The notes under the pieces: model-generated
What the model saw: the letters and a program-made list of their open reading frames with translations, nothing else
Databases searched by the model: none
Told to the model about the DNA's origin: nothing
In this document: positions 11,422 to 20,893 of the stretch, piece by piece
How the letters are laid out: every line of letters begins with the position of its first letter
Position numbering within the stretch: the stretch's first letter is position 1
From: Methanothrix sp.
Lineage (GTDB): Archaea; Halobacteriota; Methanosarcinia; Methanotrichales; Methanotrichaceae
Assembly: GCA_963682135.1 (NCBI GenBank)
Contig: OY821645.1
Coordinates: 2,112,001-2,176,000 of the forward strand
Direction of reading: 5' to 3'
Length of the DNA stretch: 64,000 bases
Position numbers and translations under genes: made by a program

Positions 11422-11969
11422 TCGAGGTAGAGGTCAAGGCCCGCGCCCCAGATGACATCGAAAAGAGGATTGCAGCTCTTGGGGCCACTCTCTTGGTGGT
11501 GGAAAATCACCACGACCTCTATTTCAATTCCCCCCAGCGCGACTTTAGATGCAGCGATGAGGCCCTGCGCATTCGCATCAAGGAGGAAGGAGCGCGTCTG
11601 ACCTACAAGGGGCCCAAGCTTGATCAGACCACCAAGTCGCGCCTGGAAAGGACAGTGAAAATAGACGATCCTCAGCAGATGGAGCTGATCCTCTCTGCCC
11701 TGGGATTTGTGCTGTCTGCTCAGGTGAGAAAAAAAAGAGCCAAGTATTCCTATGAAGGCGTGATTGTGGCCTTGGACGAGGTAGATGGGCTGGGCAGCTT
11801 TGTAGAGGTGGAGGCCGAGGTAGAGGACGGTTATGAGGGACAGAAGCGCAAGGTATTATCGGCGATGAGCAAGCTCGGTCTGCAAGAGTCGATTAGAAGC
11901 TCCTATCTCGAGCTTCTGGATGAAAAAAGAAAGAATATCGAGAACGAAGCAAGCAGGCAGAGCCTTTGA
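11418..11969 (+). CDS. cyaB: Class IV adenylate cyclase / CYTH domain protein
   Basis: EVEVK, DLYF, ALRIR, LTYKGP, FVEVE. Confidence 0.9.
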   Translation: MIEVEVKARAPDDIEKRIAALGATLLVVENHHDLYFNSPQRDFRCSDEALRIRIKEEGARLTYKGPKLDQTTKSRLERTVKIDDPQQMELILSALGFVLSAQVRKKRAKYSYEGVIVALDEVDGLGSFVEVEAEVEDGYEGQKRKVLSAMSKLGLQESIRSSYLELLDEKRKNIENEASRQSL

Positions 11970-11983
11970 GCGGCGGGAGAAAT

Positions 11984-12919
11984 ATGTCTGTCAGTTCAAG
12001 GATTCCGGTATTGGTGATGCTGCTCTTCATAGTAGCCGTTCAGCTTCTGGCTTTGGCGATTACCCCGGCCATCTCTGCCAGCGACAACAGGGTCTTTGCC
12101 GATCCCTCATCAACCACTAATCCCTTTGTCTATATGCTTCTCATCCTGGCATTCACTGCCCTTCTTCTCCTGGCCATCAAGAAGAAGAAGAACTGGATCG
12201 TCAATGGATTCATACAACTATCTATCGCCACAAGCATCTATTATCTAATGGTGGCCTTTGTTCCGCCTCTGCTGGCACTACTGCCCACAGTTGCCGGGAT
12301 TCTCCTGCTTCGCTACTATCCGGAGTGGTATGTCATAGACCTCTTCGGCATTGCTGTCTGCGCCGGCATCAGCTCGCTATTCGGAGTGAGCATGACCATC
12401 CTTCCCACGCTGCTGCTATTGATCATCCTGGCAGTCTACGATGCCCTCTCCGTCTACAAGACCCGCCATATGGTCTCCCTGGCCGAGGGCGTGATAAAGA
12501 TCAAAGCACCTCTGCTATTCGTTGTTCCGAGGAGCCGAAGCTACAGCTTCCGAAAAGATACTGCGCCAGTATCAACTTCCGAGATAAGAGATCAGCCGAA
12601 CGGCAATCCGGACGGCGGCACAGATAGCAGCAACAGCAGCAACCAGACAGGCCGCAAAAGGGGGGCATTCTTCCTGGGACTGGGAGATGCCATCATTCCC
12701 ACCATTCTGGTCATATCGGCCTTTACATCGCTTCCTGCGGGAGGCTTTTTGGGAATAAATCTCCCGACGATTGGAGCCATGCTGGGGACCTATCTTGGTT
12801 TCCTGGCTTTAATGACCACCTCGCGAGATAAGCCTCAGGCAGGACTGCCCTTCCTAAATTTTGGTGTGATTTTAGGATTTCTAGCAGGCTGCGCCGTCGC
12901 TGGTATCGCCCCGTTTTGA
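11984..12919 (+). CDS. Presenilin-family intramembrane aspartyl protease (PSH)
   Basis: Multi-TM; YDALSVY and LGLGD catalytic motifs; PQAGLPFLN. Confidence 0.9.
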   Translation: MSVSSRIPVLVMLLFIVAVQLLALAITPAISASDNRVFADPSSTTNPFVYMLLILAFTALLLLAIKKKKNWIVNGFIQLSIATSIYYLMVAFVPPLLALLPTVAGILLLRYYPEWYVIDLFGIAVCAGISSLFGVSMTILPTLLLLIILAVYDALSVYKTRHMVSLAEGVIKIKAPLLFVVPRSRSYSFRKDTAPVSTSEIRDQPNGNPDGGTDSSNSSNQTGRKRGAFFLGLGDAIIPTILVISAFTSLPAGGFLGINLPTIGAMLGTYLGFLALMTTSRDKPQAGLPFLNFGVILGFLAGCAVAGIAPF

Positions 12920-12940
12920 AAATTGCAGAAGAGGTCTCGG

Positions 12941-13981
12941 ATGAAGCTATTCAATCGTCACATGATGCGAAACCAGGAAGCTGCCAGCCTGCTTGAGCTT
13001 TTTATCGTTATATCCGTCCTTTCTGTTTTGGGCATCCGCTTTTTCTTAGCTTTGACCGGTTATCCCAGCTTTCACCCGGGCAATCTGCATATCGCTCACG
13101 TCCTCTTAGGCGGTGTGCTCATGATGATCGCCCTGGTCATTGCACTCGCCTACATCAATAAGTCTTCTTATTATCTGGTGGCCGTCCTGGGGGGCCTGGG
13201 ATTTGGGGCTTTCATAGACGAGCTGGGCAAGTTCATCACCGGCGACAACGACTACTTCTATCAGCCCACCGTGGCCCTAATTTACATAGTATTCGTCCTG
13301 ATCTATCTGCTCATAGAGAACTTTGTCAAGAAGCCAGTGCTCAGCGAGCAGGAGAAGCTGATCAATGCTCTGGAGATTGCCAAAGAGGTAGTCCTGGAAG
13401 ACCTCGATCACCGGGAGAGAAGAAGGGCGCTGGATCTTCTCAAGGAATGCTCTCCTTCCGATCCGGTGACAAAGGCCCTGCGAGCGCTTCTTTACGCCAC
13501 GCAGTCTGTGCCTATCCCCAAGCCCGATATCTACACTGCTGCCAAGTATCGCGGCAGAAGGATTTACCGCAAGCTGGTGCAAAAATCGTGGTTTGTAAAT
13601 GCGGTGATTGCGTTCTTCATACTGCAATCGCTCTTTGCACTGGGTCTGGACTTCTTTTTGCTCTATGTTAAGCTGGAGATGATGGTGGATCTGCATACCA
13701 TCTTTCCCACTCTCACTCTCTACGATCTGGCCGGGCTTCTTTCCGCTACACTGGCAGCAGCCCTGGTTTTTGTCGCCGTCATAAAGATAAAGAGCAGCAG
13801 ACTCCAGTCCTACCTGATATTCAAGAACGCCGTCCTGGTGCAGATCTTCCTGGTGCAGGTATTCCTCTTTTACAGGACTCAGTTTCTCGCACTTCTCGGA
13901 TTGGCGGGCAACATCTGCGTTCTCTTCGTGCTCTATTATATGATCCGGCAGGAGAAGGCAGCCAACGGCATCTGCATGTAG
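12941..13981 (+). CDS. Conserved hypothetical integral membrane protein
   Basis: Long ORF with several TM segments; HIAHVLLGG and FIDELGKFIT motifs. Confidence 0.8.
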   Translation: MKLFNRHMMRNQEAASLLELFIVISVLSVLGIRFFLALTGYPSFHPGNLHIAHVLLGGVLMMIALVIALAYINKSSYYLVAVLGGLGFGAFIDELGKFITGDNDYFYQPTVALIYIVFVLIYLLIENFVKKPVLSEQEKLINALEIAKEVVLEDLDHRERRRALDLLKECSPSDPVTKALRALLYATQSVPIPKPDIYTAAKYRGRRIYRKLVQKSWFVNAVIAFFILQSLFALGLDFFLLYVKLEMMVDLHTIFPTLTLYDLAGLLSATLAAALVFVAVIKIKSSRLQSYLIFKNAVLVQIFLVQVFLFYRTQFLALLGLAGNICVLFVLYYMIRQEKAANGICM

Positions 13982-13989
13982 TGATGCAT

Positions 13990-14054
13990 AAGAAGGAGGG
14001 AGGCAAAAGTCAATTGGATGTAGGAGGGAGAAAAATTGGCCATCGACTTTCGCC
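13990..14054 (-). ncRNA. Candidate hairpin sRNA with anti-SD loop (member 1)
   Basis: Minus-strand CGAAAGCC-TTTTATAT (14093-14078), 23-nt spacer, then 13-bp stem 14054-14042/14014-14002 with two G-U pairs; CUCCCUCCU in the loop and again at the 3' end. Confidence 0.6.
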
Positions 14055-14157
14055 AATATACTATACGTCAATTGCCGATATAAAAGGCTTTCGCTTCCGG
14101 AGAGAAATGATCACCTCTCACCGCAAAGAAATCACCAGAAAACAGCATAATCGAAGT

Positions 14158-14238
14158 CTCGGGCAGGGGCAGCGCCGAAATCCACAGCGCCCTTTCAGGA
14201 TGAGCCAAAAACCTTCGTATGGCCTGACCCTGCCCAAA
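14158..14238 (-). ncRNA. Candidate structured RNA (four-way junction)
   Basis: Closing stem GGGCAGGGUCAG/CUGCCCCUGCCC enclosing three hairpins, including a GAAA tetraloop. Confidence 0.4.
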
Positions 14239-14314
14239 GCTTGAATTTAAAGGAACACAACCCGAAAACTAAGCAGTGCGGGATACTCTCGGGACTACAC
14301 ATCTGCTCTTTGCA

Positions 14315-14331
14315 GGGAAAAAGATTATAAT
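14315..14331 (+). promoter_or_regulatory. BRE/TATA promoter of leaderless trm1
   Basis: GGGAAAAAGA-TTATAAT exactly 23 nt before ATG 14355; no SD sequence. Confidence 0.65.
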
Positions 14332-14354
14332 CAGCGCACGTCGTTTGCATCCAA

Positions 14355-15410
14355 ATGAATCTCATAACAGAGGGCGCCATCACCTTCGAGACCGAGGGCG
14401 CTTTCTACAATCCCAAGATGCTTCTCAACCGGGATATCGGTGTCGCTATGGCCCGCACCCTGGGCCTCTGTGAATATCTTGATGCCCTATCTGCCAGCGG
14501 CATTCGCGGGCTAAGGGTAGCAAAGGAAGCAGGCGTAGAGAAAGTGACTTTAAATGATATCAGTCCCCAGGCTTGCCGGCTCATAGAAAAAAACTTGAGC
14601 GGAAATGATCTGGCCGGCACAGTAACCTGCTGCGATGCCAACGTACTGCTGCACGAGCAGCGCTTCCAGGCAGTGGACCTGGACCCTTTCGGCTCACCTT
14701 CGTCCTATCTTTGCGCAGCCAGCAGGTCAGCACTCTCTTATCTATTCATCACCGCCACAGACACGGCGCCCCTTTGCGGCGCTCATCTCAATAGCGGTAT
14801 CCGCAAGTACATGGCACGGCCACTGCGCACCGATTATCACCGGGAGATGGGGGCTCGAATTCTGCTCGGCCTGGCGGCACGCGAACTGGCACGCCTCGAT
14901 AAAGCCATGCAGCCCATGCTCACCCACGTTACCGATCATTATGTGAGAACTTACCTGCGTGTCGTCAAGGGAGCAAAAGCGGCCGATAGATGCCTGGAAA
15001 AGCTGGGCTATGTGGAGCACTGCCCCAGCTGCGGCAGCTTTGTCATACTGGAAAAGCCCCAGCCTGGTGGAGAGTGCCGCCACTGCTCTGCCAGGACAAC
15101 TCTGGCCGGCCCGCTGTGGTTGGGCGAGATACAGGAGGCGCAGGTAATCGAGAACGCCCTGAACTGGGAGGGGCTCAGCCGACGGGCAACAAAAATTCTT
15201 AGCACATGTGCCAGAGAAATAGGGGTGCCCATGTATTATGATCATCATAGCATCTGCGAGAGACTGCACATCACACCCGGCAAGATAGATGATGCAATAG
15301 AGCGACTGCAAGCCAGGGGGTACAGGGCTTCACGCACTCATTTTTCAGGCCTCGGCATCAAGACCGATGCCGGCTTGCCGCAGGTCGAGGCAGCCATAAG
15401 ACCTGCTTGA
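14355..15410 (+). CDS. trm1: tRNA (guanine26-N2)-dimethyltransferase
   Basis: FYNPKMLLNRD, DALSASGIRGLR, DLDPFGSP, TATDTAPLCG, GPLWLG. Confidence 0.96.
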   Translation: MNLITEGAITFETEGAFYNPKMLLNRDIGVAMARTLGLCEYLDALSASGIRGLRVAKEAGVEKVTLNDISPQACRLIEKNLSGNDLAGTVTCCDANVLLHEQRFQAVDLDPFGSPSSYLCAASRSALSYLFITATDTAPLCGAHLNSGIRKYMARPLRTDYHREMGARILLGLAARELARLDKAMQPMLTHVTDHYVRTYLRVVKGAKAADRCLEKLGYVEHCPSCGSFVILEKPQPGGECRHCSARTTLAGPLWLGEIQEAQVIENALNWEGLSRRATKILSTCAREIGVPMYYDHHSICERLHITPGKIDDAIERLQARGYRASRTHFSGLGIKTDAGLPQVEAAIRPA

Positions 15411-15477
15411 TTTCATAATAATGTATCTTTGTTTTTCAACCTAAAACTTAATAAAGGAGAAGAGACCTAATAGTGAT

Positions 15478-15585
15478 AGCTGCATTATGAAAGGATAATG
15501 CAGGAATTCGCGGCACGAGGTGACGTTTATTACCCCCTTCATTGCTACTCCCTTTCGCATCTCGTGCCATCCCTTGTTATATTTT
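15478..15585 (+). ncRNA. Candidate two-hairpin sRNA or leader with C-rich loop (member 3)
   Basis: TTAATAA 15448-15454, 23-nt spacer, perfect 9-bp hairpin 15480-15503, then 11-bp stem 15512-15522/15558-15568 with loop containing ACCCCCUUC and ACUCCCUUUC. Confidence 0.5.
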
Positions 15586-15598
15586 AGCAGGTTATAAG

Positions 15599-15979
15599 AT
15601 GCAATTGACACCCGTCTTGACTTATTTAGCCGGCTCCGACCTGCGGCTTGTGATATACTTCCTGCTGGGCGGGACGGTAACGGCACTCACGGCCTACTTC
15701 GCCAGCCAGGGCAGAGGCATGCTCTCTGCATTTGTAACTACCCTGCCCTTACTCACGATCGTCAGCTTCCTGCTAATATATGCCGAGGGGGGCAGCAAAA
15801 CCGTGGAAGATTATGCCAAGAGCCTTTTTATCTTCACACCACCCTGGCTGTGTTATGTGGCAATCGTTCTCCTGGGAGTCAATCGAATAGGAATTGTGAG
15901 GAGCCTGATCCTGGGAGTTGTTTTCTTTGTGATCCTATCAATCATGATGCAAAAAATACTTCCCGGCACAAAACTGTAA
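15599..15979 (+). CDS. Small 4-TM membrane protein (DUF3147/GlpM-like)
   Basis: YFLLGGTVTAL..G.LSAFVTTLP pattern; four hydrophobic segments. Confidence 0.7.
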   Translation: MQLTPVLTYLAGSDLRLVIYFLLGGTVTALTAYFASQGRGMLSAFVTTLPLLTIVSFLLIYAEGGSKTVEDYAKSLFIFTPPWLCYVAIVLLGVNRIGIVRSLILGVVFFVILSIMMQKILPGTKL

Positions 15980-16005
15980 AATAATAGTTTGCTTAAGGCA
16001 AAGCC

Positions 16006-16680
16006 ATGAAGATTGCTCTTGTAGGCGGAACCGGCGATATAGGCATGGGATTTGCCATGCGCTGGGGGCAGAAGCATGAGATCATCATAGGCTCTCGTAG
16101 TGCGGATAAGGCTAAGGAAAGCGCGACCGCGATGATGCAGCTCTTTGGAGCAGTTGGTAATGTACAGGGCAGCGACAACGCCAGTGCCATTTGCTCGGCT
16201 GATGTGGTCGTGCTATGCGTGCCCTATGAGCATCTGGCTTATGTTACTTCGGGTCTTTCAGACTCCTACAATAGCCAGCTCGTCATCTCGCCCGTGGTGC
16301 CCATGACCTACAACGGCAAATTTTTCCAGTACCAACCCCCCTCAGAGGGAAGCGCCGCTCTGCAAGCAAGGTCGCTTCTCCCTCAAAGCGTTAAAGTGGT
16401 CTCTGCCTTTCATACCATCTGTGCCGCAGCCTTGCAGGATATTGATAGGGTAATGAAGGCAGACGTCTTTATCTGCGGCGATGATGCCCAGGCGATAGAT
16501 CTCACAGCGCAATTGGCCGGCGAGATAAAGAGCCTGCGACCACTGATAGCAGGTCCTCTGGCCGTCTCCTCCATGGTAGAAAGCCTGACGCCTTTTCTGC
16601 TTAATGTCGCGCGCAAAAACAAGATAAAGGATGCGGGGATAGCCATCGTTTCTGAACGAGAAATCCTGCAAAATACCTAA
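16006..16680 (+). CDS. npdG: F420-dependent NADP+ oxidoreductase
   Basis: MKIALVGGTGDIG, IIGSR, VVSAFHT, VESLTP. Confidence 0.93.
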   Translation: MKIALVGGTGDIGMGFAMRWGQKHEIIIGSRSADKAKESATAMMQLFGAVGNVQGSDNASAICSADVVVLCVPYEHLAYVTSGLSDSYNSQLVISPVVPMTYNGKFFQYQPPSEGSAALQARSLLPQSVKVVSAFHTICAAALQDIDRVMKADVFICGDDAQAIDLTAQLAGEIKSLRPLIAGPLAVSSMVESLTPFLLNVARKNKIKDAGIAIVSEREILQNT

Positions 16681-16933
16681 TCCCAAAATATATCTTAATA
16701 TATTATTATATTTTTCATAGATAAGCTCTGGCTGAAACGTCGTTAGTTGTTGGCTATAACCAATGTTTACGAACGACTGCAAGAGGCACAGAATGCATGA
16801 ATGCCTCAGAGTGGGCTTGATCATTCTTTTGCCCACCAGACATAGACGGACCATCTTGATTAAATTAGAGAAAGATTTTTCTATAGCTTATTAGAATGAA
16901 TGAATCGTGAGAATTTTGGGACGAGGATATAAA

Positions 16934-18145
16934 ATGATCAGGATATATCTCGGGATATTAATGGGCCTTGTTTTAATTCAAGGAACTTTAGCTCAACCCC
17001 CTTCATTAGTGGTTGACAAATCAGTAACACCTAGTCTAATCTCGATAGACGAAATAGGTATTTCCTCAGAAGATATTCAAGTAAAGCTTGCTTTAAATCC
17101 GCCTTCAGTTAATCGCGTTGACGCAGATGTGGTTCTAGCTCTGGATTGTTCTGCGAGCATGTTTCACTCTGATAGAGATGTACTTAGAAGAGCCGCCTCC
17201 AAAGTATTTCTGAGCAAGCTTGATCCGGCAAAAGATCGAGCAAGCGTGATTCTATGGAACGATCAACCCTTTGATAATTGTCTCCTGGTCAATAATTTCA
17301 ACACATGTAATGAGACCCTTGACAGAATACCCGACCCTGATAAAGGTGGGACAAATGCAAATGAAGCTCTTCGATCTTCTATAAAAATGCTTGAGAGCAG
17401 CTCGCGAGCCAATAATAGCCGAGTATCTCATTCAATAATATTCCTTACTGATGGTGACCCAGAGGGTTCCATGAATAATTCATATTTTGATGAGGATTTG
17501 ATGGAATATGCAAAAGATAAGAAATATAGGGTCTATACAGTTGGACTTGATCCTTATATTCTATCAATACCATTTCTCAAAGAGTTGGCTACAAGGACAG
17601 GGGGCATATATGTTCAGGCGAAGAATAATCGTGGCCTGATACCTATTTATGAAAATTTATCAGAAATTATACCATATGACGTATTGGCCACAGAAGTCGA
17701 GCTAATTGACATACTTCCGCCCTATTTAGCAGAACCAAGAAATTTCGAGATAAGTCCAAAATATTATTGGTACACGCAAGATGAAAGTCCCGACATAGAC
17801 GTTAAGTCAAATGATCTAGATTTAACGAAGACGATTAGATGGAAATGGGGCACGGTTTATGCAAATAGCGAGCCACTGATATTGACATTCACTACAAGAT
17901 TTGAACGGCCTTTACCAGCTGATGTAGTAACTTATGAGAATAAAGAATTTATCAACTCTAAATTGGTGTATATAGATGCAGAAGGGTCTCCTAAAGCATC
18001 TCAGATTGAAGCGAAAGCAATTGATATTAAGGCAAAAGAACCCTTCATGGAACCAAAAGTGATTGGGGTATCCATAGGATTACCGCTAATAGCATTCAGT
18101 ATACCGTTCTTTAAATGGCGCAAAGAAAAAGAGAAAAATAAATAG
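16934..18145 (+). CDS. Membrane-anchored VWA domain surface protein (AT-rich)
   Basis: Signal peptide, MIDAS DCSAS..GGT..FLTDG, C-terminal TM plus basic tail. Confidence 0.85.
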   Translation: MIRIYLGILMGLVLIQGTLAQPPSLVVDKSVTPSLISIDEIGISSEDIQVKLALNPPSVNRVDADVVLALDCSASMFHSDRDVLRRAASKVFLSKLDPAKDRASVILWNDQPFDNCLLVNNFNTCNETLDRIPDPDKGGTNANEALRSSIKMLESSSRANNSRVSHSIIFLTDGDPEGSMNNSYFDEDLMEYAKDKKYRVYTVGLDPYILSIPFLKELATRTGGIYVQAKNNRGLIPIYENLSEIIPYDVLATEVELIDILPPYLAEPRNFEISPKYYWYTQDESPDIDVKSNDLDLTKTIRWKWGTVYANSEPLILTFTTRFERPLPADVVTYENKEFINSKLVYIDAEGSPKASQIEAKAIDIKAKEPFMEPKVIGVSIGLPLIAFSIPFFKWRKEKEKNK

Positions 18146-18261
18146 ACTCATTTAGGTTAAAAAGCTCACCCCCTACAATATTTTTTTAAATTTTTCGAAA
18201 ACATTAGCATAGAATTCTGCAAAATTGGAGAACATCCTTGCCGCAAGAATAGCGTTTTTTT

Positions 18262-18300
18262 AAATTAAAATGAAATTGCTGCGGCGCACCCGCGCAGCAA
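18262..18300 (-). terminator. Hairpin plus T-rich terminator after the TraB-family gene
   Basis: TTGCTGCG...CGCAGCAA inverted repeat (18276-18300) followed on the minus strand by TTTCATTTT. Confidence 0.6.
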
Positions 18301-18315
18301 GCTACAGGGTATTCA

Positions 18316-19611
18316 TCAAAAATAATTGGTAATCAAAGAGTAGCCATCCTTTATCATCACCCAGATCATATCTGCCGAAAGGTTCAGTCCCAGCCAATGC
18401 CAGATGAGATAGACGCCTATGAACATCCCCAGCATAGCACCCACATTGGATAGTGCAGCTACTAAGATGACCTTGAAGAGGCGGTTTTGCATCATCTGCT
18501 GAAAGTTGTCTGCAGCAGCCAGCGTTTTCAGGTCGGATACGGTCGGCTTGAGCTTCCAGGCCTCCACCATTCCGGCAAACCAGCCCGCCGCTACAAAGGG
18601 ATTGAGGGTTGTCATCCAGGCCACCATCAGTGCCGTCAGAGCAGATAACGGATGGCCTCTGGCCAGGATCACGCCAAGAGCCGACAGTCCTCCAGTTACG
18701 ACAAACCAGATGACACAGGCCTGGAAGATGATCTCGCTTGACTTGGCCGTGATCAGCACCAGACCAATGGTGACCAGGATGAGCAGGCTCACTACGACCC
18801 CGAATATCTTGACAAAGGTGATCTTCTTGCCGGGCTTCTCATTCAAGTCATCCAGGGCAGGAATATTCTCGGGATGCTCCAGATGCTTGAGAATTCCTTC
18901 TCTGTGGCCTGCCCCTACCACGGCCAGCACCCGGCCCTGTTTAGAGAGCAAATGCAAATTGCGAGCCAGGAAGGCGTCGCGCTCATCCACCAGCACACTC
19001 GCCGCCCCGGGAGAGATCTTGCGAAACTCTGAGATCATCTGGGCGACGATATCATCCTGGGTGATGCTGTCTATGTCAATTTCTTCTTCATCACCCCAAC
19101 CAAGAGCCGCGGGGATCAAAGATCCGATCAACCTGACCTTATCAAAAAATCCCATCGCCGACCAGAAACGCTGAATGGTAATGCCTATGTCCCTATCGAC
19201 CAATGCCACCCGCGCGCCTGCCTTCTTGGCGGCCTGTATGGCTGCCAGCATCTCCGAGCCGGGTTTAACCCCCATCTCCTCACCGATCTTTCTCTGGATA
19301 TAGGCCAAGAACAACTGAACCAGGAAGAAAAAGAGTTTCCCGCCACTGAGTAGCTCACTGATCTTGATCTCTTTCTCAACCTCCTGGCCGATAAGAGCTC
19401 GATAACGAGCTGGACACAGCTCCACAGCAACTATATCGGGGCGCGTCTCATCGATCTTGCTGATTACTTCCTGGACGCTTTTTTCTGATACATGGGCAGT
19501 TCCTACTATTATGATTTCATGGGATTCGCTACCAGCAGCCAATTCTCCCGGCTCCACCAGTCGGCAAGAAGAAGCGTCGGCTTCTTTAGTATTTTCCGTC
19601 GTATTCTCCAA
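18316..19611 (-). CDS. TraB/PrgY/GumN family protein
   Basis: VGTAHVS, VAVELCPAR, KPGSEM, LVDERD, VVGAGH; C-terminal TMs. Confidence 0.93.
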   Translation of the reverse strand: MENTTENTKEADASSCRLVEPGELAAGSESHEIIIVGTAHVSEKSVQEVISKIDETRPDIVAVELCPARYRALIGQEVEKEIKISELLSGGKLFFFLVQLFLAYIQRKIGEEMGVKPGSEMLAAIQAAKKAGARVALVDRDIGITIQRFWSAMGFFDKVRLIGSLIPAALGWGDEEEIDIDSITQDDIVAQMISEFRKISPGAASVLVDERDAFLARNLHLLSKQGRVLAVVGAGHREGILKHLEHPENIPALDDLNEKPGKKITFVKIFGVVVSLLILVTIGLVLITAKSSEIIFQACVIWFVVTGGLSALGVILARGHPLSALTALMVAWMTTLNPFVAAGWFAGMVEAWKLKPTVSDLKTLAAADNFQQMMQNRLFKVILVAALSNVGAMLGMFIGVYLIWHWLGLNLSADMIWVMIKDGYSLITNYF

Positions 19612-19623
19612 ATTGATTACCTC

Positions 19624-20736
19624 TTAATGTTCCCGCTCTCTGCAAAGCTCAATGGCCCTGACCAGGTCCTCCCTGGAGACTATGCCCACCAATCGACCCT
19701 CAGCGATCACAGGCAGTCGACGAATTTGCATATCATTCATCATCTTCATGGCAGTCGATGCCTCTTCCTCAGGGCCGATCAAATATAACTTTCTTGTCAT
19801 CACCTGATCGACTCGCGTTACTGCCCTCTGTGCTTCGGCAACCTTCTGCAGATCTGTTAAAGTGATAATTCCCGTCAAGGTATCGCCATCCATCACCGGA
19901 TAGCCTCTATGTTTTTCCCGGAACATCAATTCTTTCAGTTCATCAAGCGTCATATCCAGAGAGATGCTGCGTACCGGGGCGGACATTATATTTCGTACGG
20001 ATATTCCCTCCAGGCTGACGCTTATTTCGGTAGCCTTCTCCTCTTCAGATGCACCCACATAAACGAAGAATGCCACAAAAAGGAGCATGAAATTTAAAGA
20101 GGACAGGCCCAGCAGAAACATGAGTGTCGCGAAGATCTTTCCGATATCCGCAGCACGTCGGGTAGCCTTTATATAAGGCATCTGGGTAGCAAACCAGGCC
20201 CGTAAGAGCCGCCCTCCATCCATAGGAAAGGCAGGGAGGAGATTGAAGGCCATGAGGATGATATTCATGATACCCAAAGTCCAGAGCATGATGGCCAGAG
20301 CATTGCCTGCACCACCTAAAGCCGCCGCCGGTCCGGCCAGGTAAACCGAGATTAATCCCAGCACTCCGCTTACAGCCGGCCCGGCGAAGGCCATCTGCAG
20401 TTCCATACGGGGATTTCTGGGGATCTCCTCCATGGAAGCCACCCCGCCAAAGAAGTAGAGAGTTATGCTCTTTATGCCGATGCCGTTCTTGTGGGCGACA
20501 TAGGAATGGCCCAGCTCATGCAGGGCCACGCAGGCGAAGAGCACTACGGCAAAAAGCAGAGAATAGAGCCATCGCATCTGCGCCGGCTCAATGTCACCGA
20601 AACCATAGGTCTTTCCGTAGACGGTCTGGCTGAAAGAAGCAAAAGCCCAGGCAACATATAAGATGACCAATAGAAATGTCCAGTGGAGGCGCACTGGTAT
20701 GCCCATGATCTTTCCCAGCTCCAGAGAAGAATTCAT
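19624..20736 (-). CDS. Site-2 protease (M50) with CBS pair
   Basis: LHELGH, FNLLPAFPMDGGR, two CBS domains. Confidence 0.95.
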   Translation of the reverse strand: MNSSLELGKIMGIPVRLHWTFLLVILYVAWAFASFSQTVYGKTYGFGDIEPAQMRWLYSLLFAVVLFACVALHELGHSYVAHKNGIGIKSITLYFFGGVASMEEIPRNPRMELQMAFAGPAVSGVLGLISVYLAGPAAALGGAGNALAIMLWTLGIMNIILMAFNLLPAFPMDGGRLLRAWFATQMPYIKATRRAADIGKIFATLMFLLGLSSLNFMLLFVAFFVYVGASEEEKATEISVSLEGISVRNIMSAPVRSISLDMTLDELKELMFREKHRGYPVMDGDTLTGIITLTDLQKVAEAQRAVTRVDQVMTRKLYLIGPEEEASTAMKMMNDMQIRRLPVIAEGRLVGIVSREDLVRAIELCREREH

Positions 20737-20824
20737 AGGATACCTTTTGCATGCGGCATTAATAGATCTTTTGACAACTGGATAGAGAAAAGACTATTCT
20801 TACGCCAAGTACAGCCTATTTAAA

Positions 20825-20890
20825 TTTAAAGAGAGCGGGTAGGAGAGTGGGGGGTTCAGTGTGGATTTCAAAAACTAGGATTACCCGCTC
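20825..20890 (-). ncRNA. Candidate hairpin sRNA with C-rich loop (member 2)
   Basis: Minus-strand GGGAAAAA-TTTATAT (TATA 20920-20914), 23-nt spacer, perfect 9-bp stem GAGCGGGUA/UACCCGCUC with 40-nt loop ending ACCCCCCACUCUCC, U-rich tail. Confidence 0.55.
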
Positions 20891-20893
20891 GAA

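Noticed and set aside
14161-14235. tRNA (including tRNA-Pyl), SRP RNA, C/D sRNA or hammerhead interpretation of the cloverleaf
   Set aside because: No TTC T-loop, anticodon arm or CCA; lacks the SRP GGAAG..AGCAG motif; the CUGA is followed by CCC rather than NGA; no terminal stem for a C/D K-turn
13981-14244. 87-aa plus-strand ORF
   Set aside because: No recognisable motif; the region is better explained by the minus-strand promoter and RNA structures
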